A stretch of DNA of 31,490 nucleotides from Chiloscyllium plagiosum (taxonomy: Eukaryota). The notes beneath the pieces were generated by a model. It saw only the letters and a program-made list of their open reading frames with translations. It was not told where the DNA came from and did not search any database. Position 1 is the first letter of the stretch. Each line of letters starts with the position of its first letter. Positions 22,873 to 31,490 of the stretch are shown here, in pieces. Made by a program: the position numbers and the translations under genes. Location: assembly GCF_004010195.1 (NCBI RefSeq), contig NC_057719.1, positions 27,261,623 through 27,293,112 of the forward strand. Direction: 5' to 3'.

Positions 22873-23569
22873 GACACAATTATGAACCTCAGCTAGAACT
22901 TGATGCATTACTAATGGAATATAAGTGAAGTGTTCTTTAATCAAAATGGCATTACTCAACATTAATATAATCTATTTGGTATAACAAAAGTGGATATTTC
23001 TTTAGCCCTTGATATCAAAGGCACTTGCCAATACCCCTCAATAGATCATTCTTAGAAAGGAACTAAGCTCTTTCAGCCATACCAATACAGTCCTTTAACT
23101 GTGAAATTGGATTTTTAAAAATCTGTCTTTGTGATTGCACTTACTTTTCTATAATCTGTACAGAGTTTGGTTAACCCAACTGGTTTAGACGCTAACACTA
23201 CCAGTGAACTCCACCTGCTTTGACTCGGTTCTCAGCATCTGAGAGTGTTACTGGATCAGCATGTCTAATTTTGTTTGATGTGTGTAAGTTTGTATGTCAA
23301 TGTTACTGTGGTACTATGGTCCTTTTTACTGGTTTCCCAGCATTTTTCAAATCCCAGTTTCTACCTGGGCTTATTTTCCTGGCGTCAACTGAAAAGGATA
23401 CCATTTATTGTCCTGACTTTCCCATGTCCACATCCTCTATAGTTAGGCATCCAGGCCTATCTCTACAGACTACTTTCTCAGCAGACTTACATGATCCTTC
23501 CATTGTCATTTCTTTAAATATGTCTCAGTATTATTGTGTTAGCTAGTTGAACTGTAGGAGGTTTTCTTT

Positions 23570-23890
23570 GAGACTGGAAGAGGACAATTGACATTTTGAG
23601 CATAAGCGCTTCATCAGGAATGTGGGGGGGCCCAAGGAGCTGAGAGGAAAATGGGAGTGGGGTGGAGCTGGGGAAATCGTAGCTGGGAATGTGATAAGCA
23701 GATCATGTTCCCAGCTACCTTACCCCCAGCTTCCCCTCCATCTCCCGCTTCCCCTTCCCCAACATTCCTGATGAAGAGTTTATGCCTGAAACGTTGACTC
23801 TTCTGTTCCTTGGATGCTGCCTGACCAGCTGTGCTTTTCCAGCACCACACTTTTTGACTCTGATTTCCAGCATCTGCCATTCTCACTTCC
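23570..23890. mobile_element. Penelope-derived short element with inverted hammerhead-like ends
   Basis: cttcatcaggaatgt ... acattcctgatgaagagtttatgcctgaaacgttga. Confidence 0.7.
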
Positions 23891-24641
23891 TTCTTGCTTT
23901 GAGAACTGTCTACGTCTTCTTCCACTTCACTTTTATTGTCTCTGTCAACTTTCATTACTCTCAACACCTAACACATTTACTCATTCTTATCTTCTTTTCT
24001 ATGATAGTATCTTTCCACACGTTTATGTGACAGAATTGAAGTTTCTTCTCATATTCAAAGTATTTATCAGATAAGCCATTTCATTAACCCTTTTCATTAC
24101 TTTGTATAAACCACTGAATTTCACTTTCAGAGATTCACCTTGCAAAGGCAACAATATCAATACTCCATCTCCCACTTGAAACATTCTAACCGTACTTGTT
24201 TACCTCCTCACTCTTTCATTTTTGCTTGTAAAACTTCCAAATGTGCTATCTTAGATGAACTTGTGAGTCTTTTCCTTCCACCAGATATTAATGACATATA
24301 AGACATGTTTTACAGAACTGCACTATGTCTTAATGATGTCTTGGCCGTGTAAAATATCAGTGCTTGAGTTTTTTGCATTCTTACATGTCCTGCAAAATTT
24401 CAAATGTTATTTGTAGTATCTCCTTACAATATCTGGGTTTCACCACGTTTTGATGAATAATCGTCCATTCTCCATCCACAAGCCTGTGAGGATGTCTCCA
24501 CTTTCTCTTCAGAACTCTGTTTTTAATATAATAACACTTTGGAGCTTCTCAGCTTTAATGTGAGCTGTCAGTGCTAACTTCCTTAACTCTGGATCTGCTT
24601 TCAGAGCCATGATTAACAAACACGTGCCAAGCATTTCTTTT

Positions 24642-25215
24642 AGACCACAAGACCATAAGAAATAGGCGTAGGAGTTGGTCATTCAGCCCTAGAAGCTATT
24701 CTGCTATTAAATAGGATCATGGCTGATCCAAAATTCCTCACATCTGACGTTCTGCCCTTTCCCTTGATTCTCCTACTGACCAATAAACAATCTATCTCAG
24801 CCTTAAATATATATAAGGACTCTATTACAAAAAGTTCCAAAGAATCAATGCTCCAAGAAAAGAAATTCCTCCTCAACTTTATCGTAATTGCCACCTCTTT
24901 ATTCTGAGACTATGCCCTCTGGTCCTAGACTCTCCCATGAGCAGAAGCATCCTCTCAGCATTTACCCTGTCACACCCCATACAGATCCTATATGTTTCAG
25001 TTGAATTACCTCTCATTCTCCTAAACTCCAGCGAGTAGAGTCCTGAACATTTAACCTTTGCTCACAAGACAACCCCTCCATAACAGGAATCTTCTCTGAA
25101 TGATCTCCAATGATTTTCTTTCATTGGGTCTCCAATGAATTACTTTCCCTAAGTAAGGGAAGCAAAACTGCTCATAGTACTGCAGATGTGGTCTCTCCAG
25201 CACCTTGTATGGTGG
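24642..25215 (-). mobile_element. CR1 LINE 3' region
   Basis: YKVLERPHLQYYEQF; LRRNFFS; FKAEID; gaccataaga tail. Confidence 0.88.
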
Positions 25216-25439
25216 CAGGAAGGCTTCTCTACTCTTGAAGATCAAAACCCCAATCTTTCCATCCTGCACCTTCATTCATTTGACTGACAAAGATGTGGAT
25301 GTTATCTATATGCCAAGTAATGTTTTTGATGAGGTCAGTGGTCCCCATGATGCATTTTCCTTTGATTATGGTGCAAGTATGGAATCGAGGGCATACTGGT
25401 TTTGTTGGGTAAATAACACAATTCTGAAAGCATGTCCCT

Positions 25440-26396
25440 AATTTCTGATAAGGCAGCAGTTATCTCATTACCGAAGAGGGTGAGATCACAAATGAGATAA
25501 TTATGGTTTTGACGGCTAATAACTCCTGAAGATCCTCCTACAGAAAAAAAACACTAAGACCTGCATATCGCAAAGAGTGAGTTTTACTGTTTTGTAAAGC
25601 CTTTGGATTCTTCCATTCTGTGCAAAACTCAGGAGAGACTGAATATTTGACAGGGGAATTCCAATCTCGTTGCCAGGTAATTGGATAGGGAACAGTGGTT
25701 GGAAAAGGTGTTACTACAGCTACAGCACGAGGAGTACTAGCTTTATTCAAGACAAGGTAGTTAGATGCTTTATTTTGACTTAAAAAAAAAAACAGGTTTA
25801 GTATAGATAACAGAGGGACCTTCCCAATAAGAGGCAGGCCTATCTTTGTGACTTCCTTGAAGCTGTTCAATAGAAAGAGGTGGTTCTTTCGGTAAGAGAT
25901 GCGGTTATTGTCCTAGAATGGTTCCACCTATCCCATAATTGGGAAGACATCGGTGCCATTAGGGATCAAAGAGTCTTTTGCTGAAGTCAGGACGTAACAG
26001 ACCACTTCATCCCTGCCAAATATACTATTGTGACTTTGACGAAACAAATTGTTAGCGAAAGATAACATTTCCCTATCTTCTCTTTTGCGGCATGACCTAT
26101 TTGGATGGGGCAAGGCTTACCAGGGTTTCCCATAGCACAACTGGAATCAAATTGACAGGGTAAAGACCATTTAGACTTGTTCTGTAAATTAACTGTTCAA
26201 TCTCTTTGATGCAGTTGACCACTGCAATAGTCATTCTTGGTAACAATCAATCTCTCAGCACACAAGAGCATCTTCCAGGCATAGTTGATACACAGTCTCT
26301 GGTTGCTCGCGATCGCACAGGTAAACTGTTCCCTTCTTGTGCACCAATGTTGGCAATGGCAAGTCCAAACAGCAGGGCAAGTTCGATCTTTATCAT
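25440..26396 (-). pseudogene. env: ERV env (signal peptide, SU, start of TM), truncated
   Basis: ATG at 26396 MIKIELALLFGLAIANIGA lies 20 nt after the IN stop; NNLF..VCYV; fusion-peptide-like YAGLSVF..GGSSGV then NYLICDLTLFGNEITAALSEI; ends before the ISD/CX6CC. Confidence 0.7.
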
Positions 26397-26415
26397 CTCC
26401 CCCCTTGCAAGGGGC

Positions 26416-27075
26416 TCATCTGTTGAACTTGCAATGATGGAGATGAACCCAGGCGGAACGTTCAGTGACCTTAGCAGTAGTTGGGGTGGTGAGGAGAACC
26501 TGAAAGGGTCCTTGCCAATGAGATTGAAGGCTGCTGAGTTGTAATAAAGTACAGACCATTTCCTCCTTGCTCAAGTGTAGACAAAATACACATAACCAAT
26601 TAAAATAAGCAGCAGCAAAGAAGGAACAGAAAATAGTCTAGTAGAGGTCACCCATATTCTGGTTGTTTAAGTATCGAGGGAGTGCCCTATTTGAGGCCAT
26701 AATTGTGTCCTTCAGCAGGGGCTTCCCCCATGATTTCTGCACCTTACCCAGGTCTGGCATACCCGTTGTTATACTGCGTCTAACCGGGTTTTGCTGGGGA
26801 CCCATTGGGACCAGATGTTTGGGGTGAAAGGCTGCCTGCTAGGCAGCTTCATCTACTTGCCCACTACTTTTGAAACAGTATAAGTTTCCTCAGCATGAGC
26901 TGAACATCTTGACAATTGCCAGATTGATTGGACAAAACAGCATTATTAATCCCTTGGAGGTTAAAAATCTTCAATGTTCCTACAAGGCTCCAAAATCGTG
27001 GGTCATACTATAAGCACAATGAAGAGTCAGTGTATATGAGTAGATTTTCCTTTTGCTAGGACAAAAGCCTGTCGA
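26416..27075 (-). pseudogene. pol: ERV pol remnant: RNase H plus IN N- and C-termini (IN core deleted)
   Basis: QAFVLAKGK..IYTDS..HDFGAL..FLTSKG..LFCPINLAIVK..VDEAA*QAA; HLSKEEMV joined to HWQGPFQVLLTTPTTAKVTERSAWVHLHHCK. Confidence 0.88.
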
Positions 27076-27099
27076 TTCCCCACGTTAGCTCCAAGGTAA

Positions 27100-28330
27100 T
27101 ATTAAAGATACATCACTCCCCAGTGGCCACATTTCAACAGTTAAAGCAAGGGCTAGGCATTTGTCCCTGGGGGTTTTGCTGTCTTGTTGCCAGACTCAAA
27201 AGTGAAATGCTGGGGCCTGCCTATCCCTATTTTTAGGATCTCCTTGGGAAAAGGTTGCCCAGCAGTGGTTGTCAGGTGGGCACAGAGGTAGGTTCCACCC
27301 CAAGTGGGTATCCTGGTTCCAATCAACCCTATCAGGGCTGGCATATGGCATTTGGGATGGCGAGGGCACTGGATGTAATTGGCTTTACCTGTAACTTGCA
27401 TTGTGGTTCAGTCCAGTTCTGGCCATCCCAATAGAAAACTACCACTCACCTCATTTGCAACTGGAAATTCCTGGACGGGTTTGAACTGTTGGTCTGGATC
27501 ATATCGTGACTCCAGGTGGAAAACATTGCAAAAGCATAGGGTTAAACAAAGGTAATTGAGTTTCTTGATTATTGTTCAACTGTATGTCACTTCCATCAGA
27601 CAGACAGGCACATCTTTCAGTATTGTAACACAAGTCATTCATAATCAGGTTACTCCCAGAATTTCACTGCATTTACATTTGTATCACCCTTGGACATATT
27701 GAGTAAATTTGGCCAGTTTGGTCTTGCAGTCAGGGACATGCTTCATTAACATAACTCTAATTCCCGGGATGGACCCGGTTTGGGTTAGCGCAGGCCACTT
27801 ATCCCCATGATATCGGCTATTAAGACTGGATGCTTCAGTTTCAAAAGAAGGAAAGGTTTGTAACAAGTGGGTGGTTTAAATTATGCTGGGGATAATCAGG
27901 AGATGTTAGAGGCTCAACGGGTATACAGGAACAAAATCCCAATCCTCAAAAAGGGGTCAGCATGCCAGACACAGGCTCGGGATTTATTTTACAGTATTGT
28001 TGCTTTATCCTTGTTTATGTATTTCCCAACTTAGTGGCCTTACACATTTTCTCATGTCCCTTTTATTTTTTTCATATACCCATTCACAGTCACGTCCCCA
28101 GCTGTTGGCAGTTCCATCTGCTTTGTATATATATATCCCTATCCCCCAATCACATGCAGAATGTCTTCAACTGGCCAGTAAGGTAGCTTTCCATTCTTTA
28201 GTTAACAATGAATTAATGCAGCCATGCTTCAAATTAACCATGAGGCAATGAGACAGGTCACTGACAATGTGTAAAGGAATAAAACCAAGCGATTCTGACA
28301 ATTCATTTTGATTTTGTGAATCAGGCTAAT
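27100..28330 (-). pseudogene. gag: ERV gag remnant (MA, CA with MHR, NC zinc knuckle)
   Basis: PYWPVE(G)TF (MA WPxxGTF), KTKLAKFTQYVQG..AVKFWE (compare MLV PTNLAKV..TQG..AFLERL), CFNC..GHW knuckle at ~27150-27115. Confidence 0.7.
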
Positions 28331-29185
28331 ACAACTGATTATCAAAAATAATAAACAAATTAATCATTATCTGTAATTCAGGGTGGAAACTCAACGAGTG
28401 GCTAAGACATTTTAAAAAGTCATCAACATAAATTGGAAATTCATTTATTCAGTATTTAATATTTAAAATGTAAAATGTACACTGTTTCAACTTTGAAATC
28501 CACTATAACTACCCAGTTTTAGTCCCTTAATTTAAATCCTGGTCCTGACCAGTCATTGCTCATTGACAATGCTATAGGTCATGAAATGGCTGCTGCTGAC
28601 TTAAAAGGTCTTGTCTACTCAGGTGATAAAAAAACTTCTAATGCACGAATAATGGCCCAATCCAAAGATGCAATATTAACCATAAGATATTAATTTTGTT
28701 ACATGAATTATCACAACCCTAATGTTGAACTTGAAACTTCAATTGTCATTGAGGGAGGGGACTCCCTCAATAAGGCTATGACTGGTAGATAATAATGAAA
28801 CACCAATGAAACACAGCAGTCTTAAAATTAAGTGGAAACAAATGAGTCTGGAACAAAACAAAGGATGATAATGTTGTCTTCCTCTGTATTAAACTGATTT
28901 GAAATTGAAAAAGGTTGGCTTTTATGAAAGGATAAAAGAGATTAATTAGAATCTGACAGTAGGACAGTCATGACCCGTAAAAAGAACAGGAGTTAATATT
29001 TCATTTCATAATCATTGAAGGATCCTTAACCTTAAAAGAAATCATGTTAAGTTTCCAAAATGCAAATCAGATTCAAAACAGTCCCAGATCTCAAGCTCCA
29101 GGGAACAAAGCACATTCAATCACCAACAAACAAATGTTCATTCAAACCGAATCACAAAGGATTAAACTTTCTACAAGCTGTACAG

Positions 29186-29222
29186 CTCTCTCACTCTCTT
29201 TCTCTCACACGCACACACACCA
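29186..29222. repeat. (CT)n(CA)n microsatellite
   Basis: ctctctcactctctttctctcacacgcacacacac. Confidence 0.8.
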
Positions 29223-29249
29223 TATCTCAGTTTTTTTTTAGCATGGGAG

Positions 29250-29790
29250 TTTAGTCTCATAAATCCAGGCTGTGGCACATTGTTGTTTAACCAAGTGTGC
29301 AAAATCTAAATACCTCTGAGCCTCTTTGCAATTCTAACAATATTTTCAAGGTAAGTTTTCCATGCCTCTGCACTTGACCACAACCCAGGGGAAATACAAC
29401 GAGTCTTTAATAGTTGCCCAATGTGTCCTGTATGCCAAATTCATTAAGACCCACAGCAGATTTGTACTGGCCAATTAAAACTAATATTGGGCACTCGAAC
29501 GGATCGGGGGCATCTTGAAGCATAATGCGGATCTCAGTGTGGGTCCAGGGCTTATCAAATGGAGTTTCACCTGTCATAATCCTGGGGCAAGCAAATTCTA
29601 TATTACTAATTTTTTTAAATCTTAAGATTCTTTCAGCAGAACTTTCTGTCCAGACACTAGGATCCTGTTGAGTACTCACACTATGAGTACTTATGGCTGA
29701 GTAGCAAGAATTATGTCAGCATTTCTAACAGTATTTTTGTACCTAGCCAGCTTTCTTATATTTTTTTTAACATGATAGAGGCATAAACTA
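29250..29790 (-). pseudogene. Pre-gag ORF remnant with capsid N-terminal-like sequence
   Basis: FDKPWTHTEIRIMLQDAPDPFECP...IGQLLKT.CISPGLW, ~1 kb upstream of the main gag. Confidence 0.55.
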
Positions 29791-30156
29791 TCCTCCATAT
29801 TTCATAAACAGAGAACAAACACCAAAACAAACAAAAAAAACAAAAACAGCAAAGCAAGACAAGCCAAGCCGAACAGATACGACAGAAATAAATTTGACAT
29901 AAAACTTACACTAATCAACAGCCTGACAATGAGCAACAAGACTCATGATTTCTGCAGAACATTCTTGACATTCTAAAATCCTGACAGTTTCGTTATAATA
30001 TATCGCGATACTTTATTTTCATCAAGCAGTTTAGGTATTAATTTAGACAATGCCAATCCAGCTTTTCTTAATTCTGAGAAAGTTCCCGACCTTCTCTATT
30101 TTTTTAAAGCAGATCGACTTCAATCACTATATTTTTTAAAAAGTCAGAGGATTCAA

Positions 30157-30245
30157 AGGTCAGAGTTCAACAACTCTGTTCGGAGTTCAACTGTCCATAT
30201 AAAGAAGGTCAGAGTTCAAAAACCCCCGGTTGGAGTTCAACAACT
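30157..30245. repeat. Tandem repeat in the ERV leader (~50-bp unit x2; gagttcaa x4)
   Basis: aaggtcagagttcaa.aac.c....t.ggagttcaac occurs twice. Confidence 0.8.
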
Positions 30246-30276
30246 TCAGAAATCACCAACCGTCAATATAGAAAAG

Positions 30277-30585
30277 GGGCAGCACAGTGGCTCAGAGGTT
30301 AGCATTGCTGCCTCACAACACTAGGGTCCCAGGTTCGATTCTGGCCTCGGGCACCCGTCTGTGTGGAGTTTGCACATTCTCCCCATGTCTGTGTGGGTTT
30401 CCTCTGGGTGCTCTGGTTTCCTCCCACAGTTCAAAGATGTGCAGGTCAGGTGAATTGACCAGGCTAAATTGCCCATAGTGTTGGGTGCATTAGTCAGATG
30501 GTCTGGGTGGGTTACTCTTTGGAGGGTTGGTGTGGACTTGTTGGGCTGATGGGCATGTTTCCACACTGTAGGAAATCTAATCTAA
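30277..30585 (+). mobile_element. Full-length HE1-type V-SINE inserted in the ERV leader
   Basis: gggcagcacagtggctcagaggttagc head, V-domain, (aatct)n tail; flanked by ~35-bp direct repeats. Confidence 0.92.
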
Positions 30586-30860
30586 AACTCCAGAAATCAT
30601 CAACCATCAATTTGAAAAAGGTCCAAATTTCACTTATTCCTCCCCCCTTTGTTTAGATAGGGTCCCCCTGACCCTATCCTTGCTAAAACTGATCCTTTTG
30701 GGCTGGATTGGAAAATAGACAGCGAGGGGTCAGGTCGGACACAACTTGAATGAGAGGAAAACATACATAAAATACTCATGTCTGGTCGGCCAAATTCCTT
30801 AACACACAATAGTGAAAGACTCAGTTCTTACACCGCTGTCCACGATCCATCCGTGCCGAA

Positions 30861-30878
30861 CCACAAGTCACAGCACCA
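30861..30878 (-). promoter_or_regulatory. Primer binding site, tRNA-His
   Basis: TGGTGCTGTGACTTG vs PBS-His TGGTGCCGTGACTCG (both differences are CpG>TpG), preceded by LTR-terminal CA plus 2 nt. Confidence 0.8.
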
Positions 30879-30880
30879 TA

Positions 30881-31356
30881 TGAAGATCTGGAACACCCCG
30901 CCTGCCCCAAGAGGGGCCTCTCAGTTCAGTGTTCGGTCAAAAGAATCACTAGGAGTACGGTCTGTTTAAAGCAAGGTTATCAGTGTAATGAAATAAGGCA
31001 GCCTGGCGCAGATTTGTCCAGCAACACAGAGGTTAAAGCTTTTGTGTTCCCTGGAGAAATTGCGCAATTACAATTGAACAATAAGCAATTTTTATATGTT
31101 TTTTAAGAGACAGTACAGTCTTAATTACAAGAAAAGACCAATCAAATGTAATAAGGTGACATGATTGACAGCAGGTTAATCCAATGATATTTTTTGGGAA
31201 ACTGGATTGTCTTACGCACAACATCATCTCATACTCGCAAGTTCAATGTTAGTTTGAATACTCAGTTAATGTCTCATGATTCATGTTATGAAAACTCCAT
31301 TGTTTGCTTTATCTCCTAATTCAGCTAATTCAGCAAAGTAGAAATGTAGGTTCACA
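30881..31356 (-). mobile_element. 5' LTR of the class I ERV
   Basis: Ends ...cttCA at 30881 next to the PBS; TATAAAA at ~31096-31090; CCAAT-like boxes upstream; candidate TG start (tgtgaa) at 31356, which is uncertain. Confidence 0.7.
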
Positions 31357-31359
31357 GTG

Positions 31360-31490
31360 TCACAGCAATTCAGGCAGCATCCGAGGACAGGCAAAATCCA
31401 AGGACAGGCAAAATCGACGTTTCTGGCAAAAGCCCTTCATCAGGAATAAAGGCAGAGAGCCTGAAGCGTGGAGAGATAAGCTAGAGGAGG
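31360..31490 (-). mobile_element. Penelope-derived element with a near-intact hammerhead motif (runs off the window)
   Basis: Minus strand attcCTGATGAaGGGCttttGCCaGAAACGTCgat. Confidence 0.7.

Larger units (their letters stand above)
25440..31356 (-). mobile_element. Class I (epsilon/gamma-like) endogenous retrovirus, internally deleted, no 3' LTR seen
   Basis: LTR end CA + 2 nt + PBS-His; gag MA/CA/NC motifs; RNase H; IN C-terminus; env signal peptide, all in the correct order. Confidence 0.88.

Noticed and set aside
22900..24640. Possible host exons or the ERV 3' LTR
   Set aside because: No similarity to 30881-31356 and no identifiable protein; probably old repeat debris
26206..26544. 112-aa + strand ORF
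   Set aside because: It is the antisense shadow of the minus-strand IN C-terminus and env signal peptide
30157..30245. Spaced gagttcaa repeats resembling a CRISPR array
   Set aside because: Eukaryotic ERV leader; short degenerate tandem duplication, no unique equal-length spacers and no cas genes

Overview
AT-rich eukaryotic genomic DNA made almost entirely of mobile-element remnants. HE1-type V-SINEs and HER1/CR1 LINEs indicate an elasmobranch (shark/ray) host. I found no intact host gene. The main content is two convergent, degraded endogenous retroviruses that the ORF track mostly misses because of frameshifts and stops. (1) A + strand endogenous foamy virus (spumaretrovirus-like) at ~16581-22300, with collinear PR, RT (YCWTRL.Q.F..SPAL, PERK), RNase H, integrase, env and an unknown post-env ORF. 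It is interrupted by a Harbinger transposon. A diverged homologue of the post-env ORF lies inverted at ~14126-15200. (2) A - strand class I (epsilon/gamma-like) ERV at ~25440-31356, with a 5' LTR, a tRNA-His PBS, a ~2.5 kb leader carrying an extra capsid-like pre-gag ORF, gag, a pol lacking PR-RT and the integrase core, and a truncated env. Also present are Penelope-derived short inverted-repeat elements with minimal hammerhead ribozyme motifs, a decayed Penelope RT/GIY-YIG ORF, Tigger transposase fragments, a solo LTR with a 4-bp TSD and a tRNA-Thr(TGT) pseudogene. All protein assignments come from hand translation compared with remembered family motifs, not database searches. Boundaries are approximate unless a TSD or terminus is quoted.
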